Shown here: one piece after another, positions 19,343-29,733 of the stretch
Position numbering within the stretch: the stretch's first letter is position 1
How the letters are laid out: the number at the start of each line of letters is the position of its first letter
From: Nitrospirota bacterium
GTDB taxonomy: Bacteria; Nitrospirota; UBA9217
Direction of reading: 5' to 3'
NCBI GenBank assembly: GCA_963751455.1
Contig: CAVVUN010000006.1
Location: 96,001-160,000, forward strand
DNA length: 64,000 nucleotides
The notes under the pieces: model-generated
Told to the model about the DNA's origin: nothing
Seen by the model: the letters and a program-made list of their open reading frames with translations, nothing else
The model's database searches: none
Program-made: the position numbers and the translations under genes

Positions 19343-20049
19343 TTATTTTGATTTCGGGTCCCAGAAAGGACTGCCCCCGGTAATCTCTTTGAGCCTCTGC
19401 AGAAACAACGGTGCATATTCCGGGCTGGAAGAGATATAGCTGTTGCTCAACCTCGCGCTGTGCCGGGGTGTGCTCATAATGGACATGACAGCGGAAAGCG
19501 GAAGGATCGCTTCTTCCGTTCCAAGGCGAAACCCTGACCACGCTCGTGCATCTCTTCCGACCGGAAGAGATGGATGCGGCTTCAGGCAAGGGGCCAGTTC
19601 TGGGCCCAGTGCTTGATGGGGATATCGACGTAGCTGACAATTCTGTCGGGAGAAGCGCTTTCGATCACGCCGTCCCGGACGACCACGTGTATGTGTTCAT
19701 TGCAGTCAAGACAAAGCGCTTCGATTTCGACTCTTTTACCCGGGAATACCCAGCAGACCGCCAGGGCTTCAAAGCCTCATTGCGCGAACCATTTCTGTTG
19801 GCCATCGACCGTAATACGGTAATGCGTGGGCACATTGTTGAACGGGGCAAAGGATTCGATGAGCTCGGTCCCGTGAGAAAGCCACATCGCCATTCCGAGG
19901 CCCATGAGCTCATGAAGGAGCTCTTTCCCTTCGTCAGGAGCCACACCGAATTCTTTCGCGATTTCGGTGTAATGCGGCCCCAAACCGCGCTTCACAAATG
20001 TTTCCAGGATGAAATGATACGCCCGGTCGAGCTGCTGCTTATCCGTCAT
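19343..20049 (-). CDS. MerB-like (alkylmercury-lyase fold) selenoprotein with two Sec (U91, U156); one-base frameshift near 19551
   Basis: ...KWFAQ-U-GFEALAVCW...CLDC...NWPLA-U-SRIHLFRSEE; TGA at 19777-19779 and 19582-19584, each followed by a GGUC-loop hairpin; continues in a shifted frame ARAWSGF...GGSPFWDPKSK to TAA 19343. Confidence 0.85.
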
Positions 20050-20104
20050 GACTTCTCTTTCATTAAGGGACAATCCCTATTCCCTACTCCTCTGTTTAAC
20101 TGAT

Positions 20105-20626
20105 TCAATCAAAGTGAAAAGGACTCAGATAATCATTAAGCTTCTGCCTGCCCGGCTCGTCAAGAGGGCCGCATCGGTCAGCGCCCATTGCACCGGTTGC
20201 GGCAAGAGCGGCAAAGGCCATGCACGTCGGCTGCCCGCATTGCCGGCAGTTGGTGCGAGGGAGAAGCTTGTAGATCGTCAGGGGATGCGCCTTTCCCGCT
20301 CCGTCGAATTTCGGCACAATGGAACCGCGGTTTTGCCATGCCTCGTTGATCTGGCCCTTGATCCACTCAAGCACGCTCTGCGCCTCTGCCTCGTCGCGCA
20401 GGGCGTTCACCGCGATCTTACGGGCGTGTATCGTCAGGAGCTTTCCGTTCATCTTGAACGTCAGTGACGGCGGTTCCTTGATGAACGTGTCACCGCCCAG
20501 CACCGCGTTAAGATAAGGCAGCACTTCGCCGACGTCCTGATCGAGATGGGCTATGCAATGGAGAGACTGAAAATGCGAATTACAGGTTGGGAGAAAGATC
20601 TCCGTCCGATACCCTTTAAGCAGCAT
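20105..20626 (-). CDS. Fe-S cluster-binding protein (putative Fe-S domain at C-terminus)
   Basis: LPRTNCRQCGQPTCMAFA...C motif. Confidence 0.85.
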   Translation of the reverse strand: MLLKGYRTEIFLPTCNSHFQSLHCIAHLDQDVGEVLPYLNAVLGGDTFIKEPPSLTFKMNGKLLTIHARKIAVNALRDEAEAQSVLEWIKGQINEAWQNRGSIVPKFDGAGKAHPLTIYKLLPRTNCRQCGQPTCMAFAALAATGAMGADRCGPLDEPGRQKLNDYLSPFHFD

Positions 20627-20638
20627 GGCGGCCCCTCC

Positions 20639-20896
20639 TCAAGCGCAGCACGAGCTTCCTGTGGGGCAGCAGCGTTCCGGCTTGATCGGGCCGAAAAGAG
20701 TCTCCGCGAATTCCTTGTTTTTTCTGCCGGCGCCCTCCCTGACCGCTTCAGCCGCCCGGATAGCGGACTGCATCTCCTCCCGGGTGAGGCCTGCCTCGCT
20801 TGCCTTTTTCTTGTGATACTCCATGCAGGGGCGGCAATTCAGGGCGTAAGCCGCGCCGAGCGCTGCCATTTCTTCTAATTTTTTTTCCATGGGCAT
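20639..20896 (-). CDS. Carboxymuconolactone decarboxylase/AhpD-like small protein with Cys-rich tail
   Basis: ALGAAYALNCRPCMEYH; ends ERCCPTGSSCCA. Confidence 0.8.
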   Translation of the reverse strand: MPMEKKLEEMAALGAAYALNCRPCMEYHKKKASEAGLTREEMQSAIRAAEAVREGAGRKNKEFAETLFGPIKPERCCPTGSSCCA

Positions 20897-20912
20897 ATCC
20901 TCCTACCCTGTA

Positions 20913-20939
20913 AGACGGAAGCACCGGGGAAAAGGATAC
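20913..20939 (-). promoter_or_regulatory. Putative ECF-sigma promoter for the CMD-FeS-MerB-like operon
   Basis: GTATCC-N16-CGTCT just downstream of the ECF gene and upstream of the AGGAGG RBS. Confidence 0.55.
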
Positions 20940-20946
20940 GCCTTAT

Positions 20947-21546
20947 TTACATTTTTATAACTATTTTTCGATCGCAGGCCAGCTCGTTCCGGTCATCGCG
21001 GTAGAATTGGCACTGGGCTCCCAGTTCTTTCCTGAGCCTTGCCCGGGCACGGTGAATCCTGATCTTGACGGCATCGAGGGAGAGGCCGAGCACGTCCGCG
21101 ATCTCGGCGTTCGTAAAGCCCTCCAGGTCGCTCAACACCAGCACCGCGCGGTAGTTGTCCGGCAGCCTGTTCACGATACCCTGGATGCATTCGTTCATGT
21201 CCTTCCGAATCAAAAGCGCATCGAGGAGGGGCGCATCGTTCTGCAAAACAGCGGGCGGCTCGTCTGCTTCAAGATCGACGTCCTTGTCCAGGTGCGCACG
21301 GCTGGAGGAACTGCTCCGCACATGGTCCATGGCCGCGTTAGTCGCTATCCGGTAGATCCATGTCGAGAGCTGCGACTCTCCGCGAAAGCCGGCCAGCCCT
21401 GCATTCACCTTCACGAAGACCTCCTGTGCTACATCCTCGGCCTCGGACTCGCCAACGATACGCCTCAGATATCCGACTATCTTCGGGTAATACGTTGAGT
21501 AAATTCCTGGAAAATCTGTGACATCATTAGTCATATACCTCTCCAT
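20947..21546 (-). CDS. ECF RNA polymerase sigma factor with Cys-containing C-terminal extension
   Basis: AEDVAQEVF, STWIYRIATN, region 4 VKIRIHRAR; tail CQFYRDDRNELACD. Confidence 0.92.
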   Translation of the reverse strand: MERYMTNDVTDFPGIYSTYYPKIVGYLRRIVGESEAEDVAQEVFVKVNAGLAGFRGESQLSTWIYRIATNAAMDHVRSSSSSRAHLDKDVDLEADEPPAVLQNDAPLLDALLIRKDMNECIQGIVNRLPDNYRAVLVLSDLEGFTNAEIADVLGLSLDAVKIRIHRARARLRKELGAQCQFYRDDRNELACDRKIVIKM

Positions 21547-21796
21547 GTCAAATCCTGGGAGTACGTTTTAATCATTAAGTAAACTTGCCGGAACGTTTTT
21601 CGGGCCCGCTGGAAAGTACCTCGAGAATATCGGATTTTGGAGAAGGGGACAAGGGAAAACAGCAGACGGAGAGGCGACATGGAACAGACCGAGAAGCAAC
21701 GGGAGCGAGGGAAAGGCGACCGTCGTTGAACTCACCTGCCTCCAAAAGTCTCTGCGTTATAATTCAGTATTGAGTGTGAAAGCCACGGAGGTTATT

Positions 21797-22267
21797 ATGG
21801 ACGGCAGAGGAAAAAATTATTCGCGTTCCGATAAAGCGGTCCTCATCTATGATGGGAACTGCCCGATCTGCAGCAACACCGTCTCATGGATAATAAAGCA
21901 TGAGCAGAAGGACGCCTTCGAGATGCTGCCCTGTCAGTCCGAAGACAGGAAAAAGCGTTATTCCTTTATGGAAGAGGCAACGTGCATGCAGGCGATGCAG
22001 CTCGTTCTTCCCGGCGGCAGTGTGCTCGCCGGCGAAAATGCTCTCCCGGAGATCCTCAAACGGCTTAAGCGATACCGTGCTGCTGCAGGATTGTCAAGTG
22101 CCCAGCGCTTACGAGTGCCTAGCGCGAGTGCAGGGTATCAACTGCCCGGATCGAAGACCATCGCCCGCGCCTTCTATCGCTGGTTTGCCAAACACAGATA
22201 CCATATCGCGAAGGTGCTGTTCCGGCATGAAAACGACCCGCATCATCATGGGAAAAAAGCGGCGTAA
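21797..22267 (+). CDS. DCC1/DUF393 thiol-disulfide oxidoreductase with in-frame 14-aa repeat insertion
   Basis: YDGNCPIC, FYRWFAKHRY; 22094-22135 matches repeats at 44425 and 47229. Confidence 0.85.
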   Translation: MDGRGKNYSRSDKAVLIYDGNCPICSNTVSWIIKHEQKDAFEMLPCQSEDRKKRYSFMEEATCMQAMQLVLPGGSVLAGENALPEILKRLKRYRAAAGLSSAQRLRVPSASAGYQLPGSKTIARAFYRWFAKHRYHIAKVLFRHENDPHHHGKKAA

Positions 22268-22477
22268 GTGAAGCCTGTCCTCCGACCTGGATAGTGCCCG
22301 CTTGCTTTTGCCGGCATTTTTTTCCATGCGGTCCTCCTTCAGTTCAGACCCGGGTCTTCGAAGGCCGCGGCTTGGGAGGTTTCGGTTTTGGAGGTGGAGG
22401 TTTGGGAGGACCTCCCGGCTTCCGCGGCGGGCTCTCCTTCGGCGTTCGCTTTGTCGCAGCTAACATAGTTTTTTCCC

Positions 22478-23623
22478 TTACCGACTCCGATTCTTTTCAA
22501 GGCCTCCGAGTTCCATTTTTGCGGCAAAAAACCGCAATATATCATTCCGCGTTACAATACCCTCAAGGCGATCCTCTTGAACCACCATGAGTTTATCGTT
22601 TCCGGCCTTATCCATCAGCCTGAGGGCCTTCATTGCATCCATGTCAGGGGGAATGGTGTTCTCGGGCGTGCATTTCTGAACAAGTTCGCCGACTCTCTTC
22701 ATGTCTCTTTGCTCCGGGGGAATGTTCTTGACCCGGTCCATTGTTATGCATCCCGAGAGCTTTTCCTGCTCTGTAACCGGAAACATCTTGTGATGATATT
22801 TATAAAAGTAATCCTCGAGGAATTGGCTGATTGATGCGGAAGGCGGAACCGAAACAGGATTTTTTTTCAGGAATCGCCGCACCGTTTCTCCCTCAAGCAT
22901 CTTCTGCAGCAACACTTGATGATAGGAAATCTGAGAGGCGCTGCGGATGAACATGCCGATCAGTAAAAGCCATACGCCTCCTACCGGGTTGCCGCGGAAG
23001 AGCTCCAGGATGCCGACGATAATCAGAAAGAGGCCGAAACCGGACCCGATCGCTGATGCGATCCTTGTTGCCCACCGAATGTTGCCCTTCCATCTCCAGA
23101 GTGCTGAGCGAAGAACACGTCCGCCGTCCATGGGGAATGCGGGGATCAGATTGAACGCTGCAAGAATTAAATTAATATTCGAAAGGTAGACGATGACACC
23201 CCTCACCGCTGCCGGCAGCTCTTGTCCGATAAGCAGCGCAATTCCATAGAAAATAAAACCGAGAAGAATGCTCGAAAGCGGGCCGGCAATCGCCATAAAA
23301 AACTCGATCTTCGGGCTCTGCGGCTGGCCTTCCATCTCAGCAATGCCGCCGAAGACAAAGAGTGTGATTCCCTTCATCTGGAGTCCGTATTTCCTTGCTA
23401 CAATCGAGTGGAAGAATTCATGAAAAATAATCGAAGCAAAGAGACCGATGGCGCCTGCAATACCCATCCACCAGTAGGTTCCGACGGAGAGGCCTTTATA
23501 CAAAGAGGGAAAAACGCCCAGTGCAAGCGTAAACGTGATGAGCAGTGCGATGATCAGCCAGCTCGCATCGATTTTCACCTCGAATCCGAACAACGTGAAT
23601 AGTTTTATGCCTCTGCCGAACAT
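22478..23623 (-). CDS. Site-2 protease (M50) with CBS pair
   Basis: HEFFH, AGP, FNLIPAFPMDGGR, two CBS domains. Confidence 0.92.
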   Translation of the reverse strand: MFGRGIKLFTLFGFEVKIDASWLIIALLITFTLALGVFPSLYKGLSVGTYWWMGIAGAIGLFASIIFHEFFHSIVARKYGLQMKGITLFVFGGIAEMEGQPQSPKIEFFMAIAGPLSSILLGFIFYGIALLIGQELPAAVRGVIVYLSNINLILAAFNLIPAFPMDGGRVLRSALWRWKGNIRWATRIASAIGSGFGLFLIIVGILELFRGNPVGGVWLLLIGMFIRSASQISYHQVLLQKMLEGETVRRFLKKNPVSVPPSASISQFLEDYFYKYHHKMFPVTEQEKLSGCITMDRVKNIPPEQRDMKRVGELVQKCTPENTIPPDMDAMKALRLMDKAGNDKLMVVQEDRLEGIVTRNDILRFFAAKMELGGLEKNRSR

Positions 23624-23874
23624 AAGCATCACCCCCGCTCTCTGATTACCTTGTTTGACCTGCACCAACTATTCGTATTACTGTTTCATTTTCCTGCCTG
23701 TTTAGGTTAATTGTAGCACGATACTACTGGTGCCCCGACTATGACAGCCCTTCCTCGTATTACTTTACCTTCAAATGAAGCGGTTAATACATTGAGCCCA
23801 CTTGACCGGTTTATGATACGCGCTAAATTGAATCATAAGGGTGGGGTAGACATCCCCAAAATTGGAGGTAGCTA

Positions 23875-24288
23875 ATGAAAATCAATTCAGGAATTTTAGG
23901 CGTAATCGCGTCACTAGTACTTTTCGTTGCCTTCGCCTACGCGCAACAGGGCGGCGGACAGCAAGGTACCATGCCGGATCAGAGAAGCCAGAGCGGTGCT
24001 CAGCAGCAGATGGACCTTTCGCAGGACCCTCAAACAGTAAAGCAGGTCCAGCAGGCATTGAGCGCTCAAGGCTTCGATCCGGGTCCTGCGGACGGAAAAT
24101 GGAAAACTAAAACGGAAAGCGCGCTGATGCTGTTCCAGGAGGCACAAGGCATGCAGGCAACCGGGCAGCTCGATCAGCAAACCCTTGCATCACTCGGAAT
24201 CTCAGGAGCAGCGGCCGGTGGACAAAAAGGGGACATGACAGACCAGCAGCGCGCCACGCCGGATCAGCAGGGCGGCAGCAAATACTGA
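23875..24288 (+). CDS. Secreted peptidoglycan-binding-domain protein, copy 1
   Basis: Signal peptide; VKQVQQALSAQGFDPGPADG...FQEAQG...TGQLD. Confidence 0.85.
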   Translation: MKINSGILGVIASLVLFVAFAYAQQGGGQQGTMPDQRSQSGAQQQMDLSQDPQTVKQVQQALSAQGFDPGPADGKWKTKTESALMLFQEAQGMQATGQLDQQTLASLGISGAAAGGQKGDMTDQQRATPDQQGGSKY

Positions 24289-24439
24289 TCCTCCGTCATC
24301 TGGCAGAGATTCAAAATTGAGATCCGTAATAACTCACTCGCCTTCAGGGTGGGGGTTTTTGTGGAGATTACTAGGCGAGTCATGCAAATATAAATTTCTG
24401 GCTTGGGCAACGTTTGCGAGCAGGCGCGGTCGCTTAATC

Positions 24440-25907
<1,468 letters not shown>

Positions 25908-25984
25908 CCGAGGAATTGCGTGCAGGCAAACTCAAGCTGTTATTTTCGAAGTCCATTTCCGCTGTGTCCCCGAGCAACTCCGCC

Positions 25985-26908
25985 TCACGCTGCCTTGAGC
26001 ACCAGCTTCCCGCTCACCTGTTCGGTCTCGCTCTCCGCGAGCGCGTCCCTTGCATGGTCCAGAGTGAATACTTTCTTTACGGCGATTTTGATCCTGCCCT
26101 CTTCAATCCGCTCCTTCATCCATTGCATATCCTCTTGCGTTGGACCGCCGGAGACCGTTTTGGCCTGCTTGCCTTGTTCCTGAGTCGGGCCGCTGATCGG
26201 GAGGGTACTTACGTACACACCGTTGTCGGTAAGGGCGTCTTTACATTCCGCAAAGCTTCTCTTCGTTACTGCATCGAAGATGATATCGTATTTTTCGCCG
26301 CCCCTGGTAAAGTCCTCTTTTGTATAGTCGCTTACCTTGTCCGCGCCCAGGCTCCTTACAAAATCCGCATGGACCGATTTATTGATCGCGGTCACCTCTG
26401 CGCCGAATACTTTGGCAATCTGAACCGCGAAATGTCCGACTCCGCCGGCAGCGCCGATGATGGCGACTTTCATGCCCTTTTTGATCGCGCCCGCATCCCT
26501 TAAGGACCTGAGCGCGGTGAGGCCCGCGATCGGTATGGTGGCCGCTTCCTCAAACGTGATGTTTTCCGGCTTCGGATATACGTTTTGCTCGGGCGCCGAC
26601 ACGTATTCTGCAAAAGACCCGAGGCTGATGACATTCAGGACTGCAACGACATGGTCGCCCTGTTTAAAGCGCGTGACGTTCCTGCCCGTCTCCTTCACTT
26701 CGCCGCTGCATTCCCTGCCGAGCGGAAGAGGAAACTTCTTTCCCAGCGCGCTCTTCATCATGCCCTGCCGGATCTTCCAGTCCGCAGGATTGACGCTTGC
26801 CGCCCGTACCGTGATCAGCACTTCCCCGGGCCCGGCAATCGGATTCGGCATGTCTCTCACCTCGACCACATCGTTCCCGCCGTATTTATTTATGACAACA
26901 GCTTTCAT
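25985..26908 (-). CDS. NADP-dependent oxidoreductase (MDR/quinone reductase family)
   Basis: AASVNPADWK, GAAGGVGHFAVQIAK, GKLVL. Confidence 0.92.
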   Translation of the reverse strand: MKAVVINKYGGNDVVEVRDMPNPIAGPGEVLITVRAASVNPADWKIRQGMMKSALGKKFPLPLGRECSGEVKETGRNVTRFKQGDHVVAVLNVISLGSFAEYVSAPEQNVYPKPENITFEEAATIPIAGLTALRSLRDAGAIKKGMKVAIIGAAGGVGHFAVQIAKVFGAEVTAINKSVHADFVRSLGADKVSDYTKEDFTRGGEKYDIIFDAVTKRSFAECKDALTDNGVYVSTLPISGPTQEQGKQAKTVSGGPTQEDMQWMKERIEEGRIKIAVKKVFTLDHARDALAESETEQVSGKLVLKAA

Positions 26909-27187
26909 GACTTGTCCTTCCTTTTCAGTATCTGCATACTGTTGAATTTTTCTTCATGTCCAATTTAATTGTAGCACGATAAGGTCCACGCCATAACCGC
27001 ACGCGGATTCATCCGAATCCGGTAGATCCGGCTCGCCTCAAAACGGTAGGGCTGAACTAAAGTCCAATTGACTGCCTGTGAACATGATGGTAACTTTATA
27101 TGTATAGGCGAATGGCGCGGATCATCAGCGGATGAAGCAAGGGTCCGGTCGGCGCCATAGCCGGGCAGAGGAGAAGCTATATTATGG

Positions 27188-27346
27188 ATAACTACTCAGG
27201 TCATTTTTTTATCCGCAGATTACGCAGATTTCGCAGATAAAAACAAAACCAGAATTCCGGTTTTAGAATCTGCGTCAATCTGCGAAATCTGCGGATAGAA
27301 GGGCGATTTGTCTTAATGCCGTTCTGAAAAGAAGCTGAATGGTTAC
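27188..27346 (+). mobile_element. MITE family A copy 2
   Basis: Highly similar to 8785-8952; no clear target duplication. Confidence 0.8.
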
Positions 27347-27413
27347 CCGGTTTTTAGAGCGCCATAACTACAGCACCTTCTATTCGTATATCGCCCTAAA
27401 AAAGGAGCACCTT

Positions 27414-28406
27414 ATGATACGGGGAAAATCAATAATTCTCGCAAATCTCCTTGCTCTCCTGTTTGCAATGAGCGCAGTTGGAGCGGAAAAAGTCTCGATA
27501 AAAGAATGGGACCTGCCGACGCCCAAATCCTTTCCTCACGATCCGGCTGTCGGGACTGATGCTTCGCTCTGGTATACCGGCATGGCGTCCAACACTCTCG
27601 GGAGACTAGGTCCGTCAACAGGCACGATCAAGGAGTATCATCTGAAAACGCCTGATTCCGGACCGCACGGGCTGACCTCGGACAACAAGGGAAACATCTG
27701 GTTCACTGCAAATTTCAAAGCCTATATCGGCAGACTTGATCCGCAGACGGGCGACGTTGCCGAATATCCCATGCCTGACCGGGCAGCACGGGACCCGCAC
27801 TCCCTGGTTTTCGACAGCGCAGGCATTCTCTGGTTTACTGTCCAGGAAGGCAACTTTATCGGACGGCTCGACCCTAAAACCGGGGTCATTATCCTGAAAC
27901 CATCTCCAACATCCGATTCAAGGCCCTACGGGATCGCCGTTAACTCCAAAGGAGTCCCCTTCTACTGCGAATTCGGGAGCAACAAGATTGGGAGAATTGA
28001 TCCCGGAACCATGAAGATCACTGAATACCTTCTGCCGGAGGGCGCGCGGCCGCGGCGATTGGCAATCACACGTAACGATATTATTTTCTATACTGATCAT
28101 GAGCGAGGATATCTCGGCAGGCTGGACCCGAAGACCGGCAACGTCCGGGAGTGGCCGTCTCCGGGAGCAGAAGACTCTCAGCCCTACGGCATTGCAATTA
28201 CGCCGGACGGCATGGTGTGGTACAGCGAATCCGGTGTACAGCCGAACACGATTGTACGTTTCCGTCCTGAAACAATGCACTTTGAGAAATGGGAGATTCC
28301 TTCAGGCGGCGGTGTGGTCCGCAATATGGCGGCAACTCCAGGCGGCGATGTTTATATCGCGTGCAGCGGTGTCAACAAAGTAGGAATCGTTCGAGTCGAA
28401 CGCTGA
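27414..28406 (+). CDS. Secreted Vgb (virginiamycin B lyase-like) beta-propeller
   Basis: Repeated PHG/PYGI...WFT...IGRLDPKTG blades; RBS AAGGAG before ATG 27414. Confidence 0.88.
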   Translation: MIRGKSIILANLLALLFAMSAVGAEKVSIKEWDLPTPKSFPHDPAVGTDASLWYTGMASNTLGRLGPSTGTIKEYHLKTPDSGPHGLTSDNKGNIWFTANFKAYIGRLDPQTGDVAEYPMPDRAARDPHSLVFDSAGILWFTVQEGNFIGRLDPKTGVIILKPSPTSDSRPYGIAVNSKGVPFYCEFGSNKIGRIDPGTMKITEYLLPEGARPRRLAITRNDIIFYTDHERGYLGRLDPKTGNVREWPSPGAEDSQPYGIAITPDGMVWYSESGVQPNTIVRFRPETMHFEKWEIPSGGGVVRNMAATPGGDVYIACSGVNKVGIVRVER

Positions 28407-28473
28407 TGCAAGTTTAGTCCCGCGCGGATAAATACTAACGATGACAACATAGCGGAGAATTTCTTTTCTACAT

Positions 28474-29733
28474 CTATTCCTGCCTTGCCTCTGCAAAGAC
28501 CGGGAAGATCCTGCTGATCACCCAGAACAATGCAAAGGGCATGATGAAAATGATCACTGCGCCGAACAGGCCCTCTTTGAACGTCTCCCAGTCATGCGGC
28601 ACAACGGGAATTACATAGTCCATGTAGCCGGCAAAAGTGAGCGAAAATGCCTGTCCGCCGATCACAACGTTATACCGCATCATGAAAACGCCGAACAGCA
28701 CCAGCAGAACAGCGACCACGGTCCTGCGTATCGTCAGATTCGGAATCACCAATAGGATGAGCGGTACCAGGTTCCCAAGGCCGTACTGGAGGACGAATAT
28801 CTTGGTGAAGTCACGCTCGTAGATGACGCTCCGCAGCACGTCCCAGGATTTGACCGCGGTATAACTGCGGAAGATAAGGTCAAGAAGCTCAAGACTGATA
28901 GCCGCGATCAGGAAAAAGAGCAGATACCGTGCGGTTATCCGTATGACGTGTAATTCGACGCCATTTATCTCCTCCTGCGATTGGAACGTGCCGAGCGCAG
29001 CTTTTTTCCGGGAAGACAGGATTATTTTGAGTTCCATGGCAATAATATACGTAAGCATGCACAGGGCGATCCCGGAAACTACAGCGGACATGATAAAGAT
29101 GACCGGCATGAGCGGTGTCATCCAAAGTGCGTTCGCCTTTACGGAACCGAAGATGAAGCCCGCGTACCCGTGGAGGAAGCACGCCACGGGAATCCCGATT
29201 CCCGCAAGGATCTTGATGGCCTTTTGGTCCCGGCGGAGGGACTCGTCGCTCACATCATATACGCCGAGTGTGAGGGTGCAGAAGATCAGATACCGAATCC
29301 ACTCGCCGGGGTTCTTGTCCTTCTTTTCCCTGAGCCCGAGGGAAACCTCCATAAAGTGCCTCCGGTATAGGAACCAGAGCTCGGATGCCACAATCGCGCC
29401 GTAGGCGAAGAAGACCACGCCGAAGGCCGCAATGGCTGAAGTAAAGTGCGGGGTCATGAATACATACACCCCACGAAGCGGAAACTTGAGGTGAAGGACA
29501 ACGGGCAAGGGCGCTATGAAAAGCAGGGCAAATGAAAACACGAGGGCGAACCGCGCCATGTCCTTGAGCTGCCCGATGCCGAAGACGTGGTAGAGCGACG
29601 AAAGCACAAAGGCGCCTGCTACGAGTCCCGTCATGAAGGGATACATCACGATCTGAATGCTCCAGTAGATATATTCATTGGGATACACGAACAGCTCTTT
29701 TATGGTCCAGACTTCGCCGTGTACCATGTTCAC
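28474..29733 (-). CDS. NrfD/PsrC-family quinol-interacting membrane subunit
   Basis: WSIQIVMYPFMTGLVAGAF, LHGYAGFIFG, MRYNVVIGGQ. Confidence 0.9.
   Translation of the reverse strand: MNMVHGEVWTIKELFVYPNEYIYWSIQIVMYPFMTGLVAGAFVLSSLYHVFGIGQLKDMARFALVFSFALLFIAPLPVVLHLKFPLRGVYVFMTPHFTSAIAAFGVVFFAYGAIVASELWFLYRRHFMEVSLGLREKKDKNPGEWIRYLIFCTLTLGVYDVSDESLRRDQKAIKILAGIGIPVACFLHGYAGFIFGSVKANALWMTPLMPVIFIMSAVVSGIALCMLTYIIAMELKIILSSRKKAALGTFQSQEEINGVELHVIRITARYLLFFLIAAISLELLDLIFRSYTAVKSWDVLRSVIYERDFTKIFVLQYGLGNLVPLILLVIPNLTIRRTVVAVLLVLFGVFMMRYNVVIGGQAFSLTFAGYMDYVIPVVPHDWETFKEGLFGAVIIFIMPFALFWVISRIFPVFAEARQE

Noticed and set aside
19275-20103. ORF-track entries 19275-19640, 19546-20103 and 19665-19946
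   Set aside because: Shadow or alternative frames of the MerB-like selenoprotein
20105-20626. hgcA/hgcB mercury methylation genes
   Set aside because: No N(V/I)WCAAGK cap helix and no tandem CxxCxxCxxxC ferredoxin
20105-20641. Sec read-through at the TGA stops of the CMD and FeS genes
   Set aside because: Each is followed by an RBS or a quick in-frame stop, with no SECIS-like hairpin or protein-like continuation
27339-27413. N-terminal extension of the Vgb-like ORF
   Set aside because: That ATG lies inside the MITE TIR; the RBS supports ATG 27414
27414-28406. Antibiotic-resistance call (vgb)
   Set aside because: Fold-level similarity only; secreted Vgb-like propellers are widespread and usually not resistance enzymes
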